A DNA stretch of 64,000 nt from Acidobacteriia bacterium AH_259_A11_L15 (lineage in GTDB: Bacteria > Acidobacteriota > Terriglobia > Acidiferrales > 2-02-FULL-67-57): assembly GCA_027717655.1 (NCBI GenBank), contig JALLOH010000003.1, positions 6,160 to 70,159 on the forward strand, in the 5' to 3' direction. Under the pieces are notes generated by a model, which saw nothing but the letters and a program-made list of their open reading frames with translations, was not told the origin of the DNA and made no database searches. The number at the start of each line of letters is the position of its first letter. Position 1 is the first letter of the stretch. This document shows positions 1-10,313 of the stretch, piece after piece. Position numbers and translations under genes: made by a program.

Positions 1-35
1 AGCAGGCCGCTTGTTACTCTCGCTCTGGACTGCAT
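1..35 (-). CDS. 5' end of a gene running off the window (MQSRARVTSGL...)
   Basis: ATG at 35 with an AGGAG ribosome-binding site at 45-41, directly downstream of the 65-814 gene on the same strand. Confidence 0.45.
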   Translation of the reverse strand, partial: MQSRARVTSGL

Positions 36-64
36 CGTTGCTCCTGTCAAGCCAGAGTTGCTCT

Positions 65-814
65 CTACTCCACAACTGCTGCCGATTGCTGCCGGATGGT
101 GTACACGCCAGCGGGCGGCTTATTTTGGCCGGTCGTTTCCCTGTAAAAGGAGTGCCACCACTTGACCGACTGCCAGATTGCCTCTGGGCAACTTGACTGA
201 GAGGAGAGCCCCGGTGTTAGATCGAACCCTAGGATTCCCATAACCGTTTCTACGAAAACTGCGCTCGGAATACCCTTGTCTTGGAGGAGAGGGTTGGGTG
301 CGTTGCCGGCCCCCCAGACAAAAGCAAGCCACGGTACGACCAATGCGCAAAGGTCGATCGTGCCTCTATTTCTCGCAACCTGGTCACTGGCTTTGACAAC
401 CTCTCTGCCATCAACAAAGAACGACAGGACAGCAATATTCGGCCATAGGTCTGGGTCATCGTAGTGTTTGAGCTGACTAGTCTGACGAGCATTGTTCCTA
501 GGCGCGTCCCCGAATCCATTAGGAGGGTTGAGTGAGACTTCACTCAAAGACCAACTATTGCCGCGTCCTTCGACCAAAATAGCAACATGAGACCAGTAAC
601 TCGGGAGGAGGTCGCCCCGAGCATGGGATTGGGCAACGCGAAGACGGAAATCAGAGACAGATGTCCCTCCCAAGAGCAAGATGCTTCCTGGCTTGGCATA
701 GGCTCTGCCGTATTGGCTAAACCATTTTGTATTTCCGAGTCGCTTATCCTTGACCTCTTTACGTTTTAGTTCCGGGTTGGCATCTTTGTCGGTTGAGATG
801 CGGTATGGAATCAT
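65..814 (-). CDS. Putative permuted papain-like (YiiX/NlpC-P60-type) amidase/acyltransferase
   Basis: YWSHVAIL (His) comes before SSCPEAIW (Cys), the permuted order. GGAGG at 827-823 favours the ATG at 814. Confidence 0.5.
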   Translation of the reverse strand: MIPYRISTDKDANPELKRKEVKDKRLGNTKWFSQYGRAYAKPGSILLLGGTSVSDFRLRVAQSHARGDLLPSYWSHVAILVEGRGNSWSLSEVSLNPPNGFGDAPRNNARQTSQLKHYDDPDLWPNIAVLSFFVDGREVVKASDQVARNRGTIDLCALVVPWLAFVWGAGNAPNPLLQDKGIPSAVFVETVMGILGFDLTPGLSSQSSCPEAIWQSVKWWHSFYRETTGQNKPPAGVYTIRQQSAAVVE

Positions 815-856
815 TTCAAAGACCTCCAAACGAGAAAATTATTTGTCGCTTCGACC

Positions 857-2266
857 TTAGGGCCTCCTGACCATGTCTACCAAGGTTTTGTGTATTGGCT
901 TGGGCGCTTCCCCTTTTGTGCGCACCGGCCAGTATTTCAGCCGCAGTCGAACTGAAGGGCCTTTAGACCAGAAATTGATCGTCAGGAAATGCTCTACTGG
1001 TGTCATAGCAAGGTCGCCATCCAGGGTTTTGACCACGTCAATACCTACTCTGGAGGTGCCTGGTATCGCCTCAGCAGGATACGTGGCAGGTGGATGCTTG
1101 GCCTTGCCGCCCACCAAAGGATTCACGAGCGACAGGGGCGATGAGATGATCTCGAACAAATCTGACCTGTTAAGCTGCTGGCATCGGGCCACGCGTCCGA
1201 AATGGACATCGCCCGTAAGGATGGTCAGCGGTTGTCTAAGTTTTGCTAAGATTTTCACCAAGTCTCTGTATTGGGAGTAATCGGGCAAGCTTCTGTCTGC
1301 GAACCGACGAGCAAACCAGCTTGCGGGATGCTCGAAAATCGGCTGGCCGAGGCAAAGGAAACCACACCACTTGCGGCTATTCAGGTTATCAATCCAATCA
1401 TTAAGCCGAAGAAGCTGGACAGCTGACAAAAACTCAGAATCACCAGGCTCACGGTTGTAGCGGCAGTCCGCGACTAGGAAAGAAAGAGGTGGAACGTCAA
1501 AGCGGGGCGGTCTCTTCGCCGGGTCGCTGTTCTGAAAGATTTTGTAGAGCTCACGCGCAGGCCCTGCCCAACGGTCCCGTCCGCCCTGGGTCCAACTATT
1601 CGGCACGAGGGTTGTCCAGTTGGGATAGTTATTCCAGAACTCGTGGTCATCTGAAGCGAAGTAATTGGCCCCTTCTTTCAAGATCCGAGCGTACCCACGC
1701 ACGCTAGGCGCATCTGACTGGCTCCAGCTCTTTACGTACTTTTCAAGGAAAATTCTGGCCAACTTCAGGCTGTCATCCGGGAAGATCCTTAACGTCGGCT
1801 GGTCCAGATAAACCTGGTCGCCGCAAAGAATCTTGACATGAGGCCGGTCTCCCGTAGGCAGCTTGTCAAACGAGAACCCGGCATCCCCTTGTTTGTCGTT
1901 GTCGAGGTGAAAGCAGGAACCCAAGAGGACGTTGAAAGGACTGTCACCAAGATGAGGAAGCGATTCAGGCAACGTGCAGAACTTTGCGCTGGCCAGCTTC
2001 TGAGTACCTCTCATGAGGGTAGCGGTGTAGAGACGATTGGGTTGCAGCCCGGTAACTTGGGTGACTTGCCAGTAGTGCAAGTGTTCTTTCTCTGGAAGAA
2101 GTCCTAGCGGGTTTATCAGGATCCACTTGTCCGCTTTTAGAGTCATAAAGCTGACAGATGGTGTGATCAGTAACTGTGTTTTCGGAGGTTGCTTACAGTA
2201 GAACGCTCCAATCCACAGAGAAATCCGGTCAGTTGCAACTGCTCGAGGGATTATGACGAAAGCCAT
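857..2266 (-). CDS. PhoD-like (alkaline phosphatase D family) metallophosphoesterase, no evident signal peptide
   Basis: Motifs LGSCF, GDQVYLD, DDHEFWNN, DCRYNR and TGDVHFG. Confidence 0.8.
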   Translation of the reverse strand: MAFVIIPRAVATDRISLWIGAFYCKQPPKTQLLITPSVSFMTLKADKWILINPLGLLPEKEHLHYWQVTQVTGLQPNRLYTATLMRGTQKLASAKFCTLPESLPHLGDSPFNVLLGSCFHLDNDKQGDAGFSFDKLPTGDRPHVKILCGDQVYLDQPTLRIFPDDSLKLARIFLEKYVKSWSQSDAPSVRGYARILKEGANYFASDDHEFWNNYPNWTTLVPNSWTQGGRDRWAGPARELYKIFQNSDPAKRPPRFDVPPLSFLVADCRYNREPGDSEFLSAVQLLRLNDWIDNLNSRKWCGFLCLGQPIFEHPASWFARRFADRSLPDYSQYRDLVKILAKLRQPLTILTGDVHFGRVARCQQLNRSDLFEIISSPLSLVNPLVGGKAKHPPATYPAEAIPGTSRVGIDVVKTLDGDLAMTPVEHFLTINFWSKGPSVRLRLKYWPVRTKGEAPKPIHKTLVDMVRRP

Positions 2267-2283
2267 AGTTTGTTGAAGTGGGC

Positions 2284-3909
2284 TCAGAGCCCGAGCGGAT
2301 TGTACTCGTCGAATACGAATCTTGTTGTCATGGCATTGAATTTGGCGATGGCGGCGGCCTTGATTGCAGGGTTGTCAGTGCCTGTGACATCAAAAGACAG
2401 CCCAAACTGCGCCAAGCTCACCAAGGCAGCTACGGACTCGAATGTCCTGAACTTCAGAAGAGCCACGCCCTGAACGTCACCGGATTCCTCCTCCACTATC
2501 TGTGTGTACAGAGTCGTGTAGTCGTCCAAAATCTCCCAGATGTCGCCCTTATGATCCTTCTGCATGAACTTCGTGCCTTTCAGGACGAAGATTGAGTCTC
2601 TATGCTTGAAGCGAAGGTGATACCGCATCTCGTGCTCTTCGCTAGTAGGGTTGAGTATGAGGTAATTGAAGAAGCTGCTTGGTTCGAGACGGAGTACCAG
2701 ATTCCGGTCGCGCCGAAATTCCTCAAATCGGATCGTACCTGTCAGCTCAGCACGGTGCTCGTTGCTTGCCACAAACACATCGAGGTCCGGAATTGTCATC
2801 TTGACGTTGAACTGGCATTTCTTGCCTTTGGCTGGGTCTAGGCTTCGGAGATGCTTCGGACTCACATTCCTGTCGCCAGCGTAATAGGAACCATCCATCT
2901 GCTCGTCGAACGTGAGGCCGACTCCCAATCGGCGGTTCAGGATTTTCTCCAACAGGGCTGGGGCAGGCAGTTTCGCCGCGCCGGCGCGCTTTAGGATGTA
3001 GTAGAACCCGAATCGGCTTTGGCCGGGTCCGATTGATTCGGCCTGGAGCAAGCCGGCAGAGAATGGCCCAAAAGGTACAGGTTTGTCGGTCACCCACTTG
3101 CCCAGCATATAGTTGGCATCAATGGCACGAATCTCATCGTGCAAAGGCGTGAAATCGATGAGCCTCAGGTGATCCGGCTGGAGGTCAGTCCGCATCTGTC
3201 CCTGTATTGTCCGCATGAAGAGGTAGCGTCCTTCAATCCTGCCGCCGGGCTTGACAGCAAAGGCGAGCTGGGCCACATCCCTGCGGTGATTGCTGTTTGT
3301 GACAGCTGCCATGCTCCATGTGCCCTCGAGCGACACTGAGTCAGGGGCAATAGCTAGTTGGTCGTAAAGCTCGCGGTGATCTTCGACGGTCATTTCATCA
3401 AAGACGTACTCTCGAACCATAGGGAAGGTGAACATCTCCTGGCCGTCAGGAAAAGGCAAACCCATGTAGACCTTGCCGATGAGCAGGTTGTCGTTGACCA
3501 CCTTGAAAACATCGTAGAAGGCACGCCATTGCAAATCCGTGTACTTCAAGAGAATGTACTTGCCCGGCTTGAGGCTTCCCTTGCGGGCATCGAGCGTCAC
3601 CTCTTCCACCGTGTTGTTGGCGCGGATGAAGAAGTCACTGTCGCTGGTAATGCCTTTAATGACGCCATTCTCCCGGAAGAACTGCTTCTTAAAGCTGGCG
3701 TGTATGTTCCGGGAAATCTCGTTCAGTGCGTGGCCAACAGGGAAATAACCCTTCCACGCTGTGTCGTTGAAAATGATTTTGTTGCGGATGTCGTATCGTC
3801 GTTCGACCGTATTGAGCAGCGTTTCGATAGAACCGGTCTCAACCGAGTCGAAGACCTTCTTAAGCTGGTCCTCGCGGTACCCAATGAGCTCGAAGTGATT
3901 GACCTTCAT
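2284..3909 (-). CDS. Hypothetical protein made of domains usually fused to cholesterol-oxidase-like GMC enzymes
   Basis: Internal repeat (FYDVFKVVNDNLLIGK / LHDEIRAIDANYMLGK) and a C-terminal GLTFDEQMDG...MRYHLRF...DDYTTLY domain. Lies directly after the GMC gene. Confidence 0.6.
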   Translation of the reverse strand: MKVNHFELIGYREDQLKKVFDSVETGSIETLLNTVERRYDIRNKIIFNDTAWKGYFPVGHALNEISRNIHASFKKQFFRENGVIKGITSDSDFFIRANNTVEEVTLDARKGSLKPGKYILLKYTDLQWRAFYDVFKVVNDNLLIGKVYMGLPFPDGQEMFTFPMVREYVFDEMTVEDHRELYDQLAIAPDSVSLEGTWSMAAVTNSNHRRDVAQLAFAVKPGGRIEGRYLFMRTIQGQMRTDLQPDHLRLIDFTPLHDEIRAIDANYMLGKWVTDKPVPFGPFSAGLLQAESIGPGQSRFGFYYILKRAGAAKLPAPALLEKILNRRLGVGLTFDEQMDGSYYAGDRNVSPKHLRSLDPAKGKKCQFNVKMTIPDLDVFVASNEHRAELTGTIRFEEFRRDRNLVLRLEPSSFFNYLILNPTSEEHEMRYHLRFKHRDSIFVLKGTKFMQKDHKGDIWEILDDYTTLYTQIVEEESGDVQGVALLKFRTFESVAALVSLAQFGLSFDVTGTDNPAIKAAAIAKFNAMTTRFVFDEYNPLGL

Positions 3910-3929
3910 TTGGTCCGCCTCTGTCTCGA

Positions 3930-5597
3930 CTACCGCAATTCTTCAACTAGATGGTCGGCAATACGCTCGCAAAGCGCTGAAATGGTCAGAAACGGATTCA
4001 CACCCAAGGCAGTAGGAACGACGGAGCCGTCAGCAACGTAGAGCCCCCCGTGCTTCGTTCCATCACTTTTGAACACCTTGCCAAATTCATCCACGAAACC
4101 GGTCGTGTGGGATTCTCCCATCGGACAGCCACCCAATGGGTGAGCCGTGAGCAACGGGCTATTTGGAAGGAACCGCCAGATCGGATTCTGGATGAACTTA
4201 GCGCCCAGAACCTTTGCGTGCTCGCGTAATTCGTTGTTGATTTGCTGGAAGATGGGCTGATTGCCAACGTTGGGCCACTTGATTTTGAGCCGGTCATGCT
4301 TCAATTCCATCGTGCCATTGGCAGGGTCATCAGCCATGACCAAGTAGCACATGGTATGGTTCAAGGCGCCTTCTGGGTTGAACTGGATATCCAGAGCAAC
4401 ACGGCGAACCTCATTCACGTTGTCAAGCCAGTCGAGAATTGGTCTATTGTCAGTATCAGTTCCGGGCAGCCATGGCAGTGTACGCCGAGAGGGCTCCACA
4501 CCAGCTCTTGGGATAGTAAGGTCCTCAATGGTCATCTGGCGATTCAGGGGCTTGCCACGGTTGTAGCGGATCACGCCGACAATCGTCGGACCAGCCTTCA
4601 CGGCTGAACGGTCTGGTTCATCGAGGTGGTTCCCAAAACCCATGATGTCTGTCCGCTGGTCACTGTTGTAGGCAATCCCGAAGAAGTCACCGTTGCCTGA
4701 GAACCGTGTTGCCACAGCATCTGGCAGGGACAACCCATGCTCGCGAGAACGCAGCATGATTTCCGTTGAGCCCAGGGCGCCTGCTGAGACAATTACTGTT
4801 CTTCTTGCCCGCATTACGCCACTCTCTGGGATAGGGTGGCGCGGCGCGTAGCGTTCATAGTGAATCAGATAGCCTCCGTTGATGGCCGGCACGATGTAGC
4901 GTACGCGCACCTGGGTAAAGATGTGCGCCCCGTGATTCTTGGCAATAGGCAGGTAGTTCATATAGAGGGTGTTCTTTGCCCGAACGTTGCAGCCGGTCAC
5001 ACAGTCGCCGCAGTCGATGCAAGGACGGCGCTCTACGCCATTCGGGTCAAGCCCGTCGTGGGTGAAATTGACTGCAAGCTTCAGGAGCTCGAATTTGGCA
5101 TCAGGATTTCTGTCGGCCCTCTTCTTCAGGGCCTGAACCTTACGGAGGTTCTTGCCTTGGGGATGTTCTGATATCTCGAGCGTGTCAGCTGCCTTCTGAT
5201 AGTAGGGCCGAAGTGTGCTCATTCGGATTCCAGGGGGCCAGGGAGTGCGTTCGAAGAAGGCGTCTTCAGGAATGATGGCAACGTTGGCATTGACCAACGA
5301 GGTTCCGCCCAGGCCCGAACCCTGCAAGACGCTGATATCTGGATGAATCGAAAACTCGTACAGGCCCAGAGGGTTTAGAGGACTTAGAAAGTGTGCAAGT
5401 ACGTCCGCTGATTCGTCCGGAAATGTACCTGGTATCCATTCGATTCCCCGCTCAAGTATGCAGACAGTGGGTTTGGGCCTGATGTCGGCGCTGGCAATGC
5501 GAGCAGCGGTTATCGCGCCGCCGTATCCGGACCCGATAACGACAACGTCATACTCATCAGCCCGGCTCTCCCAATGGCTTGCCAAAGGCTCTGCCAT
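3930..5597 (-). CDS. GMC oxidoreductase, cholesterol oxidase-like, with a Cys cluster
   Basis: VIGSGYGG FAD motif, GLGGTSLVNANV, CIDCGDCVTGC, TAHPLGGC, GLYVADGS and GVNPFLTI. Confidence 0.9.
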   Translation of the reverse strand: MAEPLASHWESRADEYDVVVIGSGYGGAITAARIASADIRPKPTVCILERGIEWIPGTFPDESADVLAHFLSPLNPLGLYEFSIHPDISVLQGSGLGGTSLVNANVAIIPEDAFFERTPWPPGIRMSTLRPYYQKAADTLEISEHPQGKNLRKVQALKKRADRNPDAKFELLKLAVNFTHDGLDPNGVERRPCIDCGDCVTGCNVRAKNTLYMNYLPIAKNHGAHIFTQVRVRYIVPAINGGYLIHYERYAPRHPIPESGVMRARRTVIVSAGALGSTEIMLRSREHGLSLPDAVATRFSGNGDFFGIAYNSDQRTDIMGFGNHLDEPDRSAVKAGPTIVGVIRYNRGKPLNRQMTIEDLTIPRAGVEPSRRTLPWLPGTDTDNRPILDWLDNVNEVRRVALDIQFNPEGALNHTMCYLVMADDPANGTMELKHDRLKIKWPNVGNQPIFQQINNELREHAKVLGAKFIQNPIWRFLPNSPLLTAHPLGGCPMGESHTTGFVDEFGKVFKSDGTKHGGLYVADGSVVPTALGVNPFLTISALCERIADHLVEELR

Positions 5598-5606
5598 ACA
5601 ACCTCG

Positions 5607-6476
5607 CTACGGTCTCAATTCGTACTCGGGCAGGGTGCCATCCTGCACAAGAACTCCATAAACCTGAAATGGGTTAGTCTTTACGTCCGCTAGGTTGTTC
5701 CAAAACACTTCTCCGAAGAAATGTCTGAAGTAATCGGTGTAGATATCGATGTCGGCATCAACCTTGATTTGCTTCTTCCTCCGCCTGTTAAAGGAAAGCT
5801 GGAGGTTTCCTAGTTTGTCTTTTTCCACCGTTTTGTAGCTTCCCGACGGGAAGTTTTTGTGCAGAACCCCAGACGCAGGCCGAAATCGAGAGCGGCCCTC
5901 CGGCAACGATTTCTCTATTTCTGCTTGCAGATTGCGATTGACCACTACATAGATTCTGTCCCGCTGGAACTTGTAGATGTGGTCGACTGCACCGATGACC
6001 GTTGCACCGCTGTTGACTGAAAACTGAGTATCCTGCATCTTCGCCAGGATGTTTAGTGCAGCTGCTTTTCTGCCTGACCCTAGTGCTTCATACAATTCTT
6101 CCCCTGACCCTCCACCTGTGCGCTGCGCAGAGCGGTCGAAAATTGCCCTCACCTGTTTGCTGAGTTTTTGGAAGGAACGAAAGCTGGCACTGTGAGACGG
6201 TTCAAGGATTATGATCACTAGGGGATTGACTCCTTTTACGAAGTCAACGAATAGGGCCTTTTCATAGAAATCAATGGCAGACAGGAACAATGGATGCCTA
6301 CCAGGAGGCATTTGCCAAAAGAAAAAGTCAGTGCCTTTCTTGAACTTCAACCCCTTGCGCCGGATCCAACCCTGGCGGACGACTGCTGTAGTGGCCTTGA
6401 TTTTTTCTAACTTTTCTCCTGATTTCGCTTTGACAGCGATTCTAACGGTGGCAAGCTTGGGGTCTAGCTTTGCCAT
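5607..6476 (-). CDS. Hypothetical protein (conserved-looking C-terminal GSYKT...GNLQL...DADID domain)
   Basis: 289-aa ORF with a GGAGG RBS, inside the same operon. Confidence 0.65.
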   Translation of the reverse strand: MAKLDPKLATVRIAVKAKSGEKLEKIKATTAVVRQGWIRRKGLKFKKGTDFFFWQMPPGRHPLFLSAIDFYEKALFVDFVKGVNPLVIIILEPSHSASFRSFQKLSKQVRAIFDRSAQRTGGGSGEELYEALGSGRKAAALNILAKMQDTQFSVNSGATVIGAVDHIYKFQRDRIYVVVNRNLQAEIEKSLPEGRSRFRPASGVLHKNFPSGSYKTVEKDKLGNLQLSFNRRRKKQIKVDADIDIYTDYFRHFFGEVFWNNLADVKTNPFQVYGVLVQDGTLPEYELRP

Positions 6477-6570
6477 TCAGTCCCTCCCCGCCTCCATTGC
6501 GGTGAAACCACTGTTGAATTTAGCTCTCTTCAACAACAGACTGAAGAGAAACTAAAATGTGCGGTACCGT

Positions 6571-7338
6571 TCAATCTCCTTGAACTTGTTCCCTTGCAAC
6601 GGGGCGTTGATATCGGATGGCCCGGCGTGCACCTTTGGCCTTAGCTTTCAGCTCTAGACGCTTCGCTGCGACCAAGTCCCCTTTCATGGAGAACGTTTCG
6701 TGCCTTCCGGTCTCGGGATTAAAGAACCCTACGTATCCTCCGGGATTTACGCCGAAGGATTTCAAGGTTTGCCCATTATGAATTCTCCCCAGGAAGTCGT
6801 TCCTTCCACCAAGCTCTTCGCTGCTCGTGAAGTAGAGGGGAAACAAGAAATTTGAGAGTGCGACTCCGTCAATTTCGTACGTCTCGGCTTGGACTGCGTC
6901 ACACATCTCATACCAGTGGAAAACTATCTTGTTGGGATCGGCGGGATGAGCGCCCATGACCAAGAGATTTACCTCGGGATCTGCAAGGAGTTCTAGCGCC
7001 TCATGCGACAGAGTTACAGTCCACTTTTCGCCAATGGCTTCGGCGAGGTCTGTAAAAACGAAACCGAAGGGGATTCCACGGTTGTTTGCGTCGTGATACC
7101 CAAGCGCGTTGGGTACGTCGGTCTTGTCCCACAGGTAGATAATCGCGTCCCCTCGCATGTCAGCAGGTTCTTGTCGATCTGGTGACAACGTGCTCTTGCC
7201 TTCCAGTCTCAGGGTTGCACTCAGGCTCCAGTACGGATCAAAATCCTCGGCTATCTGACGATTAATCGCCCGAATCGTATGCTGCACTTCTTCGTCAGAG
7301 ATCTTGCCGCTGGTGTGATTGATAACTGATATAATCAT
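6571..7338 (-). CDS. Putative zincin-like metallopeptidase
   Basis: ALGYH, TLSHEALELLADP (HExxE variant) and EMCDAVQ. AAGGAG RBS. Confidence 0.6.
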   Translation of the reverse strand: MIISVINHTSGKISDEEVQHTIRAINRQIAEDFDPYWSLSATLRLEGKSTLSPDRQEPADMRGDAIIYLWDKTDVPNALGYHDANNRGIPFGFVFTDLAEAIGEKWTVTLSHEALELLADPEVNLLVMGAHPADPNKIVFHWYEMCDAVQAETYEIDGVALSNFLFPLYFTSSEELGGRNDFLGRIHNGQTLKSFGVNPGGYVGFFNPETGRHETFSMKGDLVAAKRLELKAKAKGARRAIRYQRPVAREQVQGD

Positions 7339-7538
7339 TGCACGTTCTCCTTCACTCCAATTCTCGGTCGGGCCCCCGCAAGCAAGAGGGTTGCGAGGGG
7401 GACATAAACCGGCGTCTCATGACCCTCCTTTCACTGGTTGCGCCACGCATGAGGGGGAGCCTTGGTGAGCGGATTATAGTGCTGGTGGGGTGCAAGGAGT
7501 CAACTGTACCGTGGTACAGGTAGGCGGTACCCTGCGAC

Positions 7539-8135
7539 TTACACCAGTCCCAGGTTGGGGACCCACGTTGCGGAAAGTTCCTCGCGCGAGTTCATGTGTA
7601 ACTTCTCCAGGATGTTGCCAACGTGAAACTTCACTGTCCGCTCGCTGATGCCTAGGATGTGTGCGGTCTCTTTGTTGGAAAACCGGCGGAAAAGGAACTC
7701 CATTACCTCCCGCTCACGCGAGCTCAACGGAAAGCATAGAGCGGATGCGCGCCGTGCAGCATCAACCTGCATCCAGCGGTGAACCACCCGAGCTGGAAAC
7801 CAGAACTGTCCGACGGCCAGGTGGCGCACGGCACGGGGCAACTCCTTTTCGTAGCGGTCATAGGAGAGCAAACCGCACATGCCCCGAAAGAGCCAGCGCA
7901 AGCACTCTTTGTCGTCGCAATTCGAGGAGACAAGAAGCGGTCGCATAGACGGAAACTTGAGACGCATGAAGGTTAGGCCGGCTTCCAAGCAATCTAGTTC
8001 CCCGTCGAAGACCCCTACCTGGAAGCGTTCTCCTTCTCCCACGAACCGAAAATCGGCTTCGGCTGTGATCACCTGGGTATATTGCATTACGGCAATCGGG
8101 TGAGACGCAAACACGTGAACGCTTATAGCGCCCAT
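7539..8135 (-). CDS. LuxR/NarL-family regulator (degenerate receiver domain + LuxR HTH)
   Basis: LSSREREV...SNKETAHILGISERTVKFHVGNILEKL. Confidence 0.85.
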   Translation of the reverse strand: MGAISVHVFASHPIAVMQYTQVITAEADFRFVGEGERFQVGVFDGELDCLEAGLTFMRLKFPSMRPLLVSSNCDDKECLRWLFRGMCGLLSYDRYEKELPRAVRHLAVGQFWFPARVVHRWMQVDAARRASALCFPLSSREREVMEFLFRRFSNKETAHILGISERTVKFHVGNILEKLHMNSREELSATWVPNLGLV

Positions 8136-8809
8136 AGCTAGATACGGGCCCTGCTTCAGGTAGACGTGTGCTTGAATTGCATCACCCAGCCTGACGCTTC
8201 CCCGGCCCTATCTGAAGCAGATTCTGCTCCCGTAGCGACGGCGGAGTCAAATAGAGCAAAACCTGCTCAGGATACCGAGCAGCATTAGAAGGCCATACAT
8301 CCGTGGCTTATAGTATGCCTGAGTTGATAGAAGGTGATTTTGTTGCGTCCGTGGCAGAAATCGCACAGGTTGACCGATGGGGGCTCCACCGTCTCGTGAG
8401 GCGGACGTTGCGAGCCGCCTCTGAGGGATTTCAGTTTTCTTGTGGTGGAGGTGGGATTGCGGCCGGAAAGGCCTGCACGGGAAGCGTTTCACCAGAACTG
8501 GTGGCTCTAAGTGGGGATTTTGTTGGGTGGCTTGTAGTAAAAGGCTAGCCCTGTCAAGACGCTAGCTAGCGAGCTTTTTACGGCCGCTTTTTAACCAGTC
8601 GAAAGCCTCGTAGGCGAGACACATGAACTTTCCCGGAGTAGCGGATTCGCCGTCGCTGCACCAAACGTAACCCTTTGGCACGGCAGCGCAGCAAAACTGG
8701 CAGCCTAGATTCGGGCATTTTAAACCCGCTGCTATCCACTCATTGAAGACGGAATTCGACCATACTTCTACTGGTCGAACTACGAAATTGAGGGAAAAGG
8801 TGTGAAATC

Positions 8810-9034
8810 ATGTATACGAAAGTCGATACGAGAGCCCTCAAAGTCTTCGTGAAGAGAGAACTCAGGGATTACCCGCTAGTACGAGAAATTATCCTCCAAG
8901 AACCAAATCATATAGCGGCTCAAGAATTCATCATAAAGGCCAAGATCTGGTTGCAGCTCCTGGCCAGAGAGAAGGAAATCCGAAATTCACGCGACGTCCG
9001 GCTGTTTCACGATCGCCTTGTCGTTCGGCAATAG
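8810..9034 (+). CDS. Small protein resembling those beside archaeal integrases
   Basis: 74 aa (ALKVFV...LVREIILQEP...EFIIKAKIWLQLL), AGGTG-type RBS, convergent with and overlapping the integrase 3' end. Confidence 0.55.
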   Translation: MYTKVDTRALKVFVKRELRDYPLVREIILQEPNHIAAQEFIIKAKIWLQLLAREKEIRNSRDVRLFHDRLVVRQ

Positions 9035-10261
9035 CCCAACAAACTCCCAGCCTTCCAACAGGCGGGTTTCGAGCTCATTAACCGCTATAACCTGTTGCCC
9101 GGCCTGGTTGTTCCTTACTTCTCGGAAGAGTCTCTCTCGTACCAACTTGTGGAACTCCTCCTCGTTGAGCTCCAGCTGCTCTTCTTTGATTTCATCAGGC
9201 TTGAAGCCAGCAACCAGGAGTAGCTGCCGCTTGAAGGCCTTTGTCAGTTCTTCCTCACCGTTCCCGGACTCAACCGTCTGCAAATATCTCTGGGCTTTGG
9301 AGTAGCAGTCTCTCATCTGTTCTATGACTTCGGGCGGTAACTTCCTCTTGTTGAGGGTATAGACTGCCTCAATATCACCTTTATGCCCCATGAAGAAAGA
9401 CCGATAGTCTCGGATGACAAGACCCTTGGATTCAGCCAGCATCATCTGGGTATCAAAGTACGAGCGCAACACATAGGGTCGCCACTGAAAGCCGGCCTTC
9501 CTGATCGCCTTCCTTGCTGCATCTCCTATGTTGATCGTTCTGATGAAATCTTTCTTGGCAATCTTGGGAGTGATAATGGGTGAGTTTCCATGAATCTCCT
9601 CCCCGTTCCGCATCCGCATCTCAAGATATGCTTTCAAATAATCGCAACCCTCGCTCCCAAGAAAGGTGAAGTATTCGTGAGCTTTCTTGCTCAGGTTTGG
9701 TCTCACTCGGACAATGGTAGGGATTCTCTTGAACACAAGCTCGTTTCCCTTCACCTCTATCTCAGAGAGATCCTTCACTCTCAACCCATCAGTGCCTTCA
9801 TAATTGCCCAGAACCTCTGGTCTAAGACCTGAGTGAGCAAGCAACGCGCATACCATTCTGGTTTTCTCATCCGCGGAAAGAAAAATCCTTTTGAGTTCTT
9901 CCTGAGAAGGTATCCGCTCATCCTGTAACGTAGGTGTTTCGCGCATCCCTCGGATCTTTATCCCGCCTCTCACTTGCAGTTCATTGAATGCGAGCCAGGA
10001 TTTCACCGGCTTCAATACGGACGCAATGTAGCCACCTGTGTAACCCTTCGCCTCCATCGCACTTACCGTATCAAGTAACAAGCTGTGAAGTTGTCTGGGT
10101 TTTAGCCGAGTTAGCTGAACCGGGGTAACTTTATTGACCTCGCAAAAACCGCCCAACCTCCGTAAGTACACATCCCCAGTGATCCTCGAACCTCTTGAGA
10201 CGTTTTGATACCAACGTCTCACATCCGCCTGATGCAGCAACTCGTCATACTTTGACGGCAT
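8987..10261 (-). CDS. Tyrosine recombinase/integrase, archaeal-type
   Basis: Catalytic motifs SGLRP (R), PYVLRSYF (Y-x-x-R in place of HxxR), FMGHKG (H) and AVYT (Y). The LGNYEGTDGL insert and the C-terminal GWEFVGLLPN resemble archaeal site-specific integrases. Confidence 0.85.
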   Translation of the reverse strand: MPSKYDELLHQADVRRWYQNVSRGSRITGDVYLRRLGGFCEVNKVTPVQLTRLKPRQLHSLLLDTVSAMEAKGYTGGYIASVLKPVKSWLAFNELQVRGGIKIRGMRETPTLQDERIPSQEELKRIFLSADEKTRMVCALLAHSGLRPEVLGNYEGTDGLRVKDLSEIEVKGNELVFKRIPTIVRVRPNLSKKAHEYFTFLGSEGCDYLKAYLEMRMRNGEEIHGNSPIITPKIAKKDFIRTINIGDAARKAIRKAGFQWRPYVLRSYFDTQMMLAESKGLVIRDYRSFFMGHKGDIEAVYTLNKRKLPPEVIEQMRDCYSKAQRYLQTVESGNGEEELTKAFKRQLLLVAGFKPDEIKEEQLELNEEEFHKLVRERLFREVRNNQAGQQVIAVNELETRLLEGWEFVGLLPNDKAIVKQPDVA

Positions 10262-10272
10262 AAGACGTTATT

Positions 10273-10299
10273 TGGAACCGCATCTATTTAAAGGTTCCA
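10273..10299 (-). promoter_or_regulatory. Archaeal-type TATA box (TTTAAATA) for the integrase, inside a TGGAACC/GGTTCCA inverted repeat
   Basis: The TATA lies at 10292-10285, 24-31 nt upstream of the ATG at 10261, with no Shine-Dalgarno. Inverted-repeat arms at 10273-10279 and 10293-10299. Confidence 0.6.
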
Positions 10300-10313
10300 T
10301 ACCCATATGCGGA

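Noticed and set aside
8151-8220. 13-bp inverted repeat upstream of luxR as a MITE
   Set aside because: Single occurrence with no target duplication seen. It could be an operator or hairpin but is unsupported.
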